Assembly: GCA_049322575.1 (NCBI GenBank)
Contig: JBMORQ010000027.1
Location: forward strand, 87,081 to 151,080
Source of the DNA: Patescibacteria group bacterium
Lineage (GTDB): Bacteria; Patescibacteriota; Microgenomatia; UBA1400; PJMF01
Length of the DNA stretch: 64,000 nt
Reading direction: 5' to 3'
Below the pieces are notes generated by a model, which saw only the letters and a program-made list of their open reading frames with translations, was not told the origin of the DNA and did no database searches. The position numbers were made by a program, and so were the translations under genes. This document shows, one piece after another, positions 20,936 through 30,274 of this stretch. Every line of letters begins with the position of its first letter. Within the stretch, counting starts at the first letter, position 1.

Positions 20936-21508
20936 TTGTATAATACCGACTCACTAGTGATTAGAAAGAAACTTACAAAAAGACAACCAACCACCTTCGT
21001 CATAGCGAACCATCGTATTCGCTATCCCCAGGTTAGAGTTCTCGCCGAATCTGGAGAAATGGTTGGGATGATGTCACCCGCGGAGGCAATGCAGATTGCC
21101 ATGGATCAAGAAAAAGACTTGGTCTTAGTCACAGACAAATCGAATCCGCCAGTCTGCAAAATCATCGAAATCTCTAAGTTTAAGTACCAACTTAAACAAA
21201 AAGACGCCGAGAGTCGCAAAAACAGTCGTAATCAAGAGTTAAAAGAGGTTCGTTTCAGCCCATTCATGGGAGAAAATGACTTCGAGGCAAGAGCCAATAA
21301 GGTTATCGATTTTTTGAAAAAAGGTAACAAAGTTCGCTTAAGCTTAATGTTTAAAGGAAGACAGATAACCAAAAAAGAGTTTGGTTTTGAAATGTTCAAC
21401 AAGCTCTTTGCTAGAACCACGGATATCGCCATAGTCGAAATCGAACCAAAGTTATTAGGAAAAAAGTTACAAGCCCAGTTAGCACCAAGTAAAAAACAAA
21501 AAACCTAA
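20936..21508 (+). CDS. infC: Translation initiation factor IF-3. The true start may be a non-ATG codon nearby.
   Basis: VRVLAESGEMVGMMSPAEAMQIA..DLVLV N-domain and KVRLSLMFKGRQ C-domain. Followed by rpmI and rplT. Confidence 0.85.
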   Translation: MYNTDSLVIRKKLTKRQPTTFVIANHRIRYPQVRVLAESGEMVGMMSPAEAMQIAMDQEKDLVLVTDKSNPPVCKIIEISKFKYQLKQKDAESRKNSRNQELKEVRFSPFMGENDFEARANKVIDFLKKGNKVRLSLMFKGRQITKKEFGFEMFNKLFARTTDIAIVEIEPKLLGKKLQAQLAPSKKQKT

Positions 21509-21516
21509 TCGCAGAT

Positions 21517-21720
21517 ATGAAAAAAATTAAACAAAAAACCAGAAAAGGCGCTAGCAAAAGATTTAAAATTACCGGTACAGGTAAAGTCTTACGTCGCAGC
21601 CAAAACTCGCGACATTTGCAACGCAAAAAGTCAAAAAAAACTAAAAGAACCTACCGCATTCCTGTTGAAGTCAAAGGAAAGTGGGCAAAGAAGATTAAGC
21701 GCATGCTTGGTCTGGCTTAA
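21517..21720 (+). CDS. rpmI: 50S ribosomal protein L35
   Basis: MKKIKQKTRKGASKRFKITGTGKV. Confidence 0.9.
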   Translation: MKKIKQKTRKGASKRFKITGTGKVLRRSQNSRHLQRKKSKKTKRTYRIPVEVKGKWAKKIKRMLGLA

Positions 21721-21738
21721 TAAAAAGGAGAAAGATTT

Positions 21739-22092
21739 ATGTCACGTGCTAAGATTGGCGTCGTTCGCCATAAAAAACACGCTAAAGTTTTAAAACTAGC
21801 CAAAGGTTTTCGCGGTGCTAATAGTCGTTTGTACAAACGCGCTCACGAAGCAGTTTTACACTCTGGTCAGTATGCCTATATCGGCCGAAAGCTTCGCAAG
21901 AGAGATATGCGCAAACTCTGGATTATTCGCATTAATGCGGCTCTGAAAATGATTGATGAGAAATTACAATATTCTCGCTTCATCAATGCCATGAATAAAG
22001 CCAAGATCGCTTTAAATCGCAAAATGCTCTCAGAAATTGCTGTTCAAGATATGGACACTTTTAAGGCTATCGTTGATAAAGTTGCAAAATAA
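21739..22092 (+). CDS. rplT: 50S ribosomal protein L20
   Basis: MSRAKIGVVRHKKHAKVLKLAKGFRGA. Confidence 0.9.
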   Translation: MSRAKIGVVRHKKHAKVLKLAKGFRGANSRLYKRAHEAVLHSGQYAYIGRKLRKRDMRKLWIIRINAALKMIDEKLQYSRFINAMNKAKIALNRKMLSEIAVQDMDTFKAIVDKVAK

Positions 22093-22225
22093 AATTTTGC
22101 GATAAAAAATGCTTTCTTTGCAAGAAATCTATTAAAAGAAAATGCTCAATTCACAAAAATTTACCACCTTTTTCTTTTTTAGCCTTATTTAAGGCGGGTG
22201 GTTTTAGTATTTGAAACAGAACAAA

Positions 22226-22248
22226 CCCCGCCTCAAGGCGGGGTTTTT
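22226..22248 (+). terminator. Rho-independent terminator after the infC-rpmI-rplT operon
   Basis: ccccgcc-tcaa-ggcgggg followed by ttttt. Confidence 0.7.
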
Positions 22249-22318
22249 GTATTATTAATAGAAGAATGGTTGCTGTTACAATAATTAGATTGGTACAACC
22301 CCATTCAAGAAAGAGAAA

Positions 22319-23371
22319 ATGGCACAATTAGACTCAATAAAACAAGAAGTTGAAAATATTCTGGCAGTTTTTTCCCAGGACCAAAGTAGTGTTGTCGATA
22401 AAAAAACCAAATATCTAGGCAAGAAAGGATTGTTCAATCAACTAGCTAAAACAATCGGCTCGATACCAGCTGATGATCGCCCTCAAGCAGGTATTTTGCT
22501 CAACCAGCTTAAGACAACGCTGGAAAAACAGCTAAGTTCACAACAAAACTCTTCTTCAGAGCAATTTGTTGATCTAACTATCCCCGGAAAGAAACCAGAA
22601 GTTGGACACATGCACCCCGTCTCACAGGCCATGGAAGAAATCACTCATATTTTTGAGAAAATCGGATTTACTAGAGTTAGATATCCAGAAGTTGACTGGG
22701 ATTGGTATGTCTTTGAGGCACTAAACATGCCTAAAGACCACCCTGCGCGCGATGAATGGGAGACATTTTTTGTCGACGTACCAGAAAATGATCAAAGAGG
22801 CAAAGTAGTATTAACAACCCACACCTCAAATGGTCAGGTTAGGGAAATGGAAAGGCTAAAATCCCAACCACCCATCCGCATGATAAACATTGCACGCTGC
22901 TACAGACGACAACAAGACGCAACCCATACTCAAATGTTCCATCAGTTCGAGGGTTTGGTGGTGGATAAAGGCATTAATATTCAACATCTCAAAGGCACTT
23001 TAGATTATTTTGCACGCGAATTTTATGGTCCCGGCACAAAAAGCCGCATTCGCCCGTTCCACTTTCAGTTTACCGAGCCATCTTTCGAGGTGGATTTTAG
23101 TTGCCACATTTGTAGTGGTACTGGCAAAGTTGTTGATGATAACAATCAACAAACAAAATGTAAGTTCTGTAAATCCGGTTGGCACGAAGTGGGCGGAGCA
23201 GGTATGGTACATCCCAATGTCTTAAAGGCTGGCGGCATCGATCCAGAAGAGTACACTGGATTTGCTTTTGGTTGGGGAATTGAACGGACATATACCTTAA
23301 AGGAGGGTCTAAATATTGATGACATTCGTTTGCTTTATTCAGGAGATATGAGGTTTTTGGAACAATTTTAA
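22319..23371 (+). CDS. pheS: Phenylalanine--tRNA ligase alpha subunit
   Basis: FQFTEPSFEVD, a CxxC-x(n)-CxxC zinc knuckle, GWHEVGGAGMVHPNVL, and GFAFGWGIER. Confidence 0.9.
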   Translation: MAQLDSIKQEVENILAVFSQDQSSVVDKKTKYLGKKGLFNQLAKTIGSIPADDRPQAGILLNQLKTTLEKQLSSQQNSSSEQFVDLTIPGKKPEVGHMHPVSQAMEEITHIFEKIGFTRVRYPEVDWDWYVFEALNMPKDHPARDEWETFFVDVPENDQRGKVVLTTHTSNGQVREMERLKSQPPIRMINIARCYRRQQDATHTQMFHQFEGLVVDKGINIQHLKGTLDYFAREFYGPGTKSRIRPFHFQFTEPSFEVDFSCHICSGTGKVVDDNNQQTKCKFCKSGWHEVGGAGMVHPNVLKAGGIDPEEYTGFAFGWGIERTYTLKEGLNIDDIRLLYSGDMRFLEQF

Positions 23372-23412
23372 TTAATAAATATATCACTTCAATTAAACGA
23401 ACAAAGGAAAAA

Positions 23413-25407
23413 ATGAATATCTTAATCCCACACAAATGGCTCTTAGATCATTTAGAAACAAGTGCTTCGCCTCAAGAAATTCAACGAACGCTATCTTTGA
23501 GTGGACCTTCGGTTGAAAGAATCTACGAGCGCTTTGGAGATAGTGTTTATGATATTGAAGTCACAACCAACCGTGTCGACTCCATGAGCGTAAGAGGCAT
23601 CGCACGCGAGGCAGCCACAATACTCAAGCAATTTGGTATTGAGGCCTGTCTCAAACCGCTTGAATTGGAAGTGGGGAAAAATGCTAAACCACAGCAAGCA
23701 ACTTTACCATTGCCAAAAATCATCAATGACCCAAAACTTAACAAACGCACCACCTGCGTCATTTTGTCCAATATCAAAAGGACTCCAACTCCAGAATGGA
23801 TGGAACAAAAGCTGCAACAGGTCGATATTGGTGTCCATGATAGTGTGATCGATATCACAAACTATGTAACTCATGACTTAGGGCATCCCTGCCATGCCTT
23901 CGACTATGAAAAATTGATGGCAACAGGTGGAGTCATTAACATCGTACAAGCCAAAAAAGGCGAAAAATTCCAGACTTTAGATGGTCTAGAGTTTGAAACT
24001 GTTGGGGGCGAGGTCGTTTTTAAGAATGGTCGAGATGAAATAATTGATCTTCCTTCGATTAAAGGAACTGCTAATACTTCAATTGACCAAAGTACTCAAA
24101 ATGTACTTTTATTATTAGAATCAATTCAACCGAAATATGTTCGTTTTGCTAGCATGACTCATGCCATAAGAACCACAGCAGCTCAACTAATGGAAAAAGA
24201 CGTTGATCCCAATCTCGCCGAATTGGTTTTGCGTAAAGGAGTTGAACTCTATCAACAATTGTGTGAGGCAAAGATAGCAAGTGAAATCTATGACGATTTT
24301 CCGATGCCACGTAACCCCCGGACGATCGTCACACCGATTAAAAAGGTTTCTTCTTACCTTGGTATTGAATTAGAAAACACAATCATCAAGCAGATTCTCG
24401 AAGATTTAGGATGCAAGGTAGAAATTTCTCAGGATAGCATAATGGTCACGCCACCAAGTTTCCGCAACGACCTTGAAATACCTGCGGACATTGTTGAAGA
24501 AATCGCCAGAATTTACGGTTATCACAAGCTTCCAAGTCTGCTTATGCCAACAGCGATTCCTTTAGAAAAGCCAGCTGAAACAAATTTCGTTGTGGAAGAT
24601 AAAATTAAACATTTCTTGGCTGCAATCGGCTGGCAGGAAATTTACAGTTACTCAATGGTGTCAGAAGAATTGGCCATGAAATCTGGACAAAGCCCGAAAG
24701 ACCACTTAAAACTATCCAATCCTCTGACAGATGATCGTGTCTATCTGCGGCGCTCACTTGCTCCATCGCTTATTGAGATCATAGAACAAAATTCTCAAAG
24801 AAAAGTCATGTCTGTTTTCGAATTGGCAAAAATCTATCAACCAGTCACTGGCAAATTACCAATAGAGAGAATGATGCTAACCTTAGTATCCAATAAAAAC
24901 TACTTATCCGTAAAAGGAGACTTTGAAGCACTTTTAGATCAATTCTTTGTTAGAGAGTACAAATTTTCATTGGTCGAAAATCAATCAGAAAATCAAGCCG
25001 AACTAACAGTAATAAATCCAGCTGGTCAACAGACACAAGTAGCTGTTATCGAAATGCGAAACGGATACACGATAATCGATGTTGATCTACTTCAATTAAT
25101 TAAAGTGGCAAAAAAACATCCGAATTATCAACAAATCCCAAAGACTTCCAGTACAATTGAAGAGCTAACTTTTACTGATGTACGGTCAAATATTGGTGAT
25201 TTAATTAATCAAATTAAAGAAACAAACCGACTGGTAAAATCTGTCAAATATCTTGGATCATATAAGGAAAATCACAGCTTTGCCATTGAATATTGGGATC
25301 AAAAACATACACTCACTGCAGAAGAGGTTAGCCCGGTAAGAAAAGAAATCGTTGCCAGACTAAGCGGCAATAACCAGGCAAGGTTAGTTGGCAAGCTGGC
25401 TGATTAG
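23413..25407 (+). CDS. pheT: Phenylalanine--tRNA ligase beta subunit (short form, 664 aa)
   Basis: Immediately downstream of pheS. B3/B4 and B5-like regions. A C-terminal FDX-like anticodon-binding segment (SVKYLGSYKENHSFAIEYW). Confidence 0.8.
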   Translation: MNILIPHKWLLDHLETSASPQEIQRTLSLSGPSVERIYERFGDSVYDIEVTTNRVDSMSVRGIAREAATILKQFGIEACLKPLELEVGKNAKPQQATLPLPKIINDPKLNKRTTCVILSNIKRTPTPEWMEQKLQQVDIGVHDSVIDITNYVTHDLGHPCHAFDYEKLMATGGVINIVQAKKGEKFQTLDGLEFETVGGEVVFKNGRDEIIDLPSIKGTANTSIDQSTQNVLLLLESIQPKYVRFASMTHAIRTTAAQLMEKDVDPNLAELVLRKGVELYQQLCEAKIASEIYDDFPMPRNPRTIVTPIKKVSSYLGIELENTIIKQILEDLGCKVEISQDSIMVTPPSFRNDLEIPADIVEEIARIYGYHKLPSLLMPTAIPLEKPAETNFVVEDKIKHFLAAIGWQEIYSYSMVSEELAMKSGQSPKDHLKLSNPLTDDRVYLRRSLAPSLIEIIEQNSQRKVMSVFELAKIYQPVTGKLPIERMMLTLVSNKNYLSVKGDFEALLDQFFVREYKFSLVENQSENQAELTVINPAGQQTQVAVIEMRNGYTIIDVDLLQLIKVAKKHPNYQQIPKTSSTIEELTFTDVRSNIGDLINQIKETNRLVKSVKYLGSYKENHSFAIEYWDQKHTLTAEEVSPVRKEIVARLSGNNQARLVGKLAD

Positions 25408-25408
25408 A

Positions 25409-26743
25409 ATGCCTAAGGAATTAAATCTCTGTAAAGTGATGTCCAAAAGAAAAGTGATAAAAGGAGAGACCACAAAATCGAAAACATCTGAAATTGTTTT
25501 TAATTGGTTTATAGTAGCAATCGTTTTTGTTATCCCCGTCAATCTTTTTAAAAAGTATTTACTTGATGATTCGTATATTACTGGCCTGCTTGTTGATTAT
25601 CTGATTCCTAAAATATATCTTGCTGATATTCTGGTTGTCCCACTAATCATTGCTAGTTTTGTTACACAGAGATATCAATATTGGCAAATTATTTCAAGAC
25701 ACTTTAATTGGCTAAAGTGGTTAATTCTAATTGTACTAATCATTGCTCTGCGGCAGTTTTTTGTCGACAAACCAATGGCTGCTTTTTATCAGTTTTACAA
25801 ACTAATTGAGTTTTCATTATTGTCGCTGGTGATTTGGCACAACCGAAAAATCATTAAACTGCAACTAGTTTTTCAGTCATTGTTCTTAAGTATCCTTTTC
25901 CAATCTGCTATCGCAATTTTCCAGTTTATTGCCCAGCATCAGCTTATCGGCTTTGTTCCGCTTGGAGAGCCAGATTATGGTAACTCATTGCTTCTCTCCA
26001 AAATAAGCATTTTTGGTCGTTACCTTATCTCTCCATATGGCACAACCAGTCATCCCAATGTCTTAGCAGGAATGGTGGTTGTATATTTTCTCATAGCTAT
26101 ATTTCTAATAAATAAAAAATCAGCTAATATTCAAAGAATCCAGATTGGCGTGATGATGTTATTGACATTAGTCGTTATCGTGCTCACTCAATCATTTTCT
26201 GCTGGTTTATCACTCTTTCTCGGGTTGTTTACTTTTTCTTTCCACAAAACCTTTCAGGTTATTGCCAAAGAAATCCCTGACCAAACCAAGCTTATGTTTT
26301 CCAAAAAAAGTCTGTTTGTTGTGGCAATTTTCGCAATGGTCGTCTTGCCACTGCTTGTACATTTCTTTGCGCATAAATTTCCAAAAAATTATTCATTGAC
26401 CAGAAGAGATTTGCTTAATTCCTCCGCCTTGATGATGATAATGGATCAACCCTTGTTTGGACAAGGTATCAATCAGTTCACTGTGCAGCTGGAGCATTTC
26501 GCCAAGTCAAAAGAGGTTATCCGCTTTATCCAACCCGCCCATCACACTCTTTTATTGTTTATCAGTGAAACCGGATTGATTGGAATAGCACTTGTCTTGA
26601 TAGTCCTGCCAAGACTTAACCACAGACAATTACTTTGGCTGCTCATTCTCTCGCCAATCCTGTTATTTGACCATTATTTCTACAGCCAACAGATTGGCTT
26701 GGGCATGATCGCCTTAAGCATACCACTGATCAAAAACGGGTAA
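25409..26743 (+). CDS. O-antigen ligase / Wzy_C-like polytopic membrane protein. The ORF-track start at 25388 overlaps pheT, so a start at 25409 or 25439 is more likely.
   Basis: About 12 TM helices with a large periplasmic loop near the C-terminus (Wzy_C-like arrangement). The assignment rests on topology and pattern only. Confidence 0.5.
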   Translation: MPKELNLCKVMSKRKVIKGETTKSKTSEIVFNWFIVAIVFVIPVNLFKKYLLDDSYITGLLVDYLIPKIYLADILVVPLIIASFVTQRYQYWQIISRHFNWLKWLILIVLIIALRQFFVDKPMAAFYQFYKLIEFSLLSLVIWHNRKIIKLQLVFQSLFLSILFQSAIAIFQFIAQHQLIGFVPLGEPDYGNSLLLSKISIFGRYLISPYGTTSHPNVLAGMVVVYFLIAIFLINKKSANIQRIQIGVMMLLTLVVIVLTQSFSAGLSLFLGLFTFSFHKTFQVIAKEIPDQTKLMFSKKSLFVVAIFAMVVLPLLVHFFAHKFPKNYSLTRRDLLNSSALMMIMDQPLFGQGINQFTVQLEHFAKSKEVIRFIQPAHHTLLLFISETGLIGIALVLIVLPRLNHRQLLWLLILSPILLFDHYFYSQQIGLGMIALSIPLIKNG

Positions 26744-26779
26744 ACTTTTCTCGAATCTGATTTGCAAAAAAAGGATTTG

Positions 26780-29749
26780 TTACGTCCCAGGTGCCCCTGT
26801 GGGGATAGGTGTAACCGTCGGAGAGGGTGGAGCAGGGGTGGGACTTGGAGGAACTGCTGTCGGCGCCGCTGTCGGAGCAACTGTAGGTGCAACGGTGGGA
26901 ACAGCTGTTGGCACTGGAGTAGCAGTCGGTTCTGGCTTTTTCCAATCTTGACCACCTGTACCGATCTTAACAGTGTTGCTGGTGGCCTCTTTGCCATTTC
27001 TTGACTTGGCTTTTGCGTATAGCTCGTGTTGTCCCGAAGACAGGTGTACTTTTCCTCGATAGGAGTATGAGTTAACAATTTCCCTAAGACTGCCATCGAT
27101 CCATAGCTCAATCTTTTCAATGCCCTCGTCACTTCCAGCATCGATATGAACTTCAATATCTTCCTCGCTGTAAACCTTCTCGTTCTCCGGACGTGAGAGT
27201 CTAACAGTGACGTCTCCGCTCTCACCACAGTACTCAGTGGGATATTTAAATCGGCCATCATCCTGAGAGTTGATCCAGTTCATTATGCCTTCCTGCCAAC
27301 GGTTTTTGCCATCAGTGCTAACAGGATCGTTTTCCTGCATGACAATAATCTCTTTTTCCTCGAAGTCTCCAGCAGCCACTCTGGCCTCATTAGCTAGCTT
27401 GTTTTCGCCTCGGCAGACTTTGGCTTTGATATGAATCGGATCTGGGGGTGGAGGCAGCGTCCCCTTGATAACATAATCTTTGCGACTAGGAAATTCATCA
27501 TGCTTAAGATAACCAGAAATCGAATCTACCTCGACCTCTTCCACGCCCTCGGGAACTTTCCATTCAGGAGCTTCATATCCTTTTTCCAAGGCAGCCATGA
27601 TAATTTTGCGCCAAATTGGAGATGCGCCGGTTACGCCTGAAGCTACGCGACTCATCTCGCTGTTATCATTATTGCCCACCCAAACACCAACCATAACTTT
27701 CTGACTCCAACCGATGGTCCAGTTATCGCGCTGATCATTGGTTGTACCTGTCTTGACGGCAATAGGCTTGCCCGTGTTCAAGAGAGAGTTGGCGCCAAAA
27801 GCCAACAACCGAGCATTATTGTCCGATAGAATATGGTTGATCAAAAAAGCTTCTTCCTCAGAGAAGACCCTTGCTCCTGCTACAGGCTTATGCTCATAAA
27901 GTAAGTTGCCCTCTGAATCCGTGACTTTGAGAATAGAAACAGGCTCTACCTTCAGGCCGCCATTGGCAAAGCTACTGTATGCCGAAACGGTATCGATCAG
28001 ATGCACTTCAGCTCCACCAAGGGTAACAGCCAATCCAAAACGTTTGAGGTTGGCCTCGGTCGGCTCGAGTGTCTTAAAACCCATGTCGTTAGCCAGTTGT
28101 AAGAAGTTGGGCACCCCAACAATTGCCAACGACTTGACAGCCGGAATATTTAGAGAGCTACCCAAACTATTGCGCAAGTTGACCGGACCACGGAACTTGC
28201 CATCATAGTTTTTTGGTTCATATTTGTCAGCGTCATCATGAGGAGCAAAAGTAGTTGGCACATCAGCCAACATGGTCGCCGGAGTGTATCCCATACGAAT
28301 CATCGCTAGATAGGTTACTGGTTTGATCGATGAACCTGGTTGGCGTAAACCGTCAACTGCCACATTGTATTGACCATCGATGTCCTCAGCAAAGTAGTCT
28401 TTGCTTCCGACCATACTAATAATTTCTCCCGTTTCTGGGTTCAAGACCATTGCTGAACCGTTGGAGATTTTATACTTCTCAACAGCCTCGATCTCTTCAG
28501 CAACAATTTGCTGGGCTTGTTGTTGCAACTCAAGATCAAGCGTGGTTGTCACCGATAGGCCACCTTTTTCCACCAAATCCTCACCAAACATTTCACTCAA
28601 CTGATCTTTGACATAAAAGACAAAATGTGGTGACTTAATTTCAACGGCAGTCTTTTCAAAAGTTAAAGTCTCAACTTGGCCCATTGCTTCTTCATAGGCT
28701 AGGTCTGTGATATACCCATCTTCCTTCATGCGCATCAAAACGCCTCGGGTGCGCATTTTCCAGAGTGGTTCACCCTCTGCATCTTTTTTACCAGAGTAGG
28801 GAGAGTAGGCACTTGGGCGCTGTGGTAAACCTGCTAGGAACGCCGACTCCACAAGATTCAAATCAGAAACTGATTTATTAAAGTAGATCTCAGCAGCTGT
28901 GCCAATACCCCAAGCGGTACCGCCATATGGGGCCTCGTTGAGGTACATCTCCAAAATTTGCTCCTTGGTAAAAGTGCGCTCGATCTGAATCGATATTACC
29001 AATTCCTTAAACTTCCTGGAAAAGGTCTTCTCATTTGAGAGGAAGACATTTTTTACCAATTGTTGAGTCAAGGTTGAACCTCCAACTACCCGATGACGAA
29101 AGATGATATTGTACGGAATGCGCACGATGGTCATGAAATCAAAACCACCATGTTTGTAAAAGTCTTTGTCTTCGATAGCCACTACAGCATTTTTGAGGTT
29201 TTCTGGCAGTTGACCATAGGAAACTGGATTGCGACGCTCCTCGTTAAAAAGATCATAAAGCAACACACCATTGCGATCGTAAATTTTTGTGCTAAAACCT
29301 GCTCTCCTAACTACTTGACCTGGCTTAGGAAGATCTTTGGAATAATAGGCAAATAAGGCAAAAAAAGCCACAATCCCTGCTAGCACAGCTAGGAACAAAA
29401 CCACAGCTACCCAACGCAGAATTTTCAGACGCAGAATGCGTTTCTGTCCAGGACTCATCTGCTGATAGTTATTGAACCGACTACGAAGTCGAGAACGACC
29501 GCGACGGAAAAACATAAGGCTTCTTTTTAACTCCAGCCAATTTTGGCTGGAAGCATAATGACGAAAGATCGTCTTCAATTTTAGCCAATTTTGTCGTAAA
29601 AAAGATAACATCGATTTTGTAATTGTAACAGAGTTGATGAGAGGAGGGAAAGATGACTGAAAAGGGACTAAAAAGGGGGATTTTCTATTTTGCGGCAACA
29701 GATGACTGAAATGGAGCTCTGTTACTAAGCAGCAAACCACCTGCAACAT
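26780..29749 (-). CDS. Class A penicillin-binding protein (PBP1A-type transglycosylase/transpeptidase) with a C-terminal Ig-like domain and a Pro/Thr-rich tail. The true start is possibly an internal Met.
   Basis: GT51 motifs EDKDFYKHGG and RHRVVGGSTLTQQL. Transpeptidase SXXK (GSSIKP), SLN and KTGTT. C-terminal ...APTVAPTAAPTAVPPSPTPAPPSPT. Confidence 0.85.
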   Translation of the reverse strand: MLQVVCCLVTELHFSHLLPQNRKSPFLVPFQSSFPPLINSVTITKSMLSFLRQNWLKLKTIFRHYASSQNWLELKRSLMFFRRGRSRLRSRFNNYQQMSPGQKRILRLKILRWVAVVLFLAVLAGIVAFFALFAYYSKDLPKPGQVVRRAGFSTKIYDRNGVLLYDLFNEERRNPVSYGQLPENLKNAVVAIEDKDFYKHGGFDFMTIVRIPYNIIFRHRVVGGSTLTQQLVKNVFLSNEKTFSRKFKELVISIQIERTFTKEQILEMYLNEAPYGGTAWGIGTAAEIYFNKSVSDLNLVESAFLAGLPQRPSAYSPYSGKKDAEGEPLWKMRTRGVLMRMKEDGYITDLAYEEAMGQVETLTFEKTAVEIKSPHFVFYVKDQLSEMFGEDLVEKGGLSVTTTLDLELQQQAQQIVAEEIEAVEKYKISNGSAMVLNPETGEIISMVGSKDYFAEDIDGQYNVAVDGLRQPGSSIKPVTYLAMIRMGYTPATMLADVPTTFAPHDDADKYEPKNYDGKFRGPVNLRNSLGSSLNIPAVKSLAIVGVPNFLQLANDMGFKTLEPTEANLKRFGLAVTLGGAEVHLIDTVSAYSSFANGGLKVEPVSILKVTDSEGNLLYEHKPVAGARVFSEEEAFLINHILSDNNARLLAFGANSLLNTGKPIAVKTGTTNDQRDNWTIGWSQKVMVGVWVGNNDNSEMSRVASGVTGASPIWRKIIMAALEKGYEAPEWKVPEGVEEVEVDSISGYLKHDEFPSRKDYVIKGTLPPPPDPIHIKAKVCRGENKLANEARVAAGDFEEKEIIVMQENDPVSTDGKNRWQEGIMNWINSQDDGRFKYPTEYCGESGDVTVRLSRPENEKVYSEEDIEVHIDAGSDEGIEKIELWIDGSLREIVNSYSYRGKVHLSSGQHELYAKAKSRNGKEATSNTVKIGTGGQDWKKPEPTATPVPTAVPTVAPTVAPTAAPTAVPPSPTPAPPSPTVTPIPTGAPGT

Positions 29750-30274
29750 AGATTTCGCGCGAAAAATGTTTTTGTGAGAGAGGATAATTTTCAGCCAAGC
29801 AGTAGTGTGTCTACAGGGACAAGAAATAATTTTTGCACTGCCAGAAAAACTCTAGTGTTAGACGATATTAGGCAAAAAGATCTAGACTTTATTCACCAAC
29901 ATCACCATGTCCAACACCTGACTCTTCTGCCTCCGCTCCTCCGTCATTCAGCGATTCTGCTTCCGAAACTGCACTCAAGATCATTAAGACAAGTTCTAGA
30001 CAACCCTCCTCTGGTAAGCATTCGAATGCACCTGACCCTTCCGGACTATTGTCTGACATATTACCTTTTCTTAAAAGATTGGCTATTGGCCGTCTTTTGT
30101 ATGTAATTGATGTGGAATTATACCAAGAGATAGTTCTCATCTCAAGTAATAACCATGTAGACCATTTAATCTATCATCTGTCAAATCCATTTGAGTGAAA
30201 TAGCTTCAAGCAAGCAATAAAATATTATTCTTTCCATACATCAATAAAAGCCTTGATGTACAATAAGCCTCATC

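Noticed and set aside
22093-22200. A possible additional degenerate copy of the MITE-like repeat after rplT (aaaataaaattttgcgataaaaaatgctttctttgcaag)
   Set aside because: The similarity is limited to A/T-rich stretches, and both TIR halves are absent. It is not counted as a copy.
22319-23371. A CxxC...CxxC insertion in the PheS catalytic domain, considered as an unusual zinc-ribbon acquisition
   Set aside because: A four-Cys zinc knuckle at this position (between FTEPS.EVD and GWxEvxGcGMVHP) is a normal feature of many bacterial PheS proteins.
26680-27261. Antisense ORFs (26680-27261 minus, 26730-26945 minus, 26762-27004 plus) over the PBP1A 3' end, with R/C/G-rich translations
   Set aside because: They are an artefact of the GC-rich Pro/Thr-encoding quasi-repeat of PBP1A read in other frames.
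30015-30065. An SRP-RNA-like motif (minus-strand UCCGGAAGG around a GGAA tetraloop) in the PBP1A/tyrS spacer
   Set aside because: Only the 9-nt core matches. The flanking strands do not match the conserved helix-8 consensus (CAGGUCC / GGAAGCAGC), and no 5'/3' closing helix was found.
29774-30106. A 110-aa ORF in the PBP1A/tyrS spacer
   Set aside because: There is no RBS, no recognisable domain and atypical composition. It is kept only as part of the uncalled spacer finding.
30100-30274. A possible T-box leader upstream of tyrS
   Set aside because: No T-box consensus (AAUUAGGGUGGUACCGCG-like) and no specifier or antiterminator arrangement were visible.
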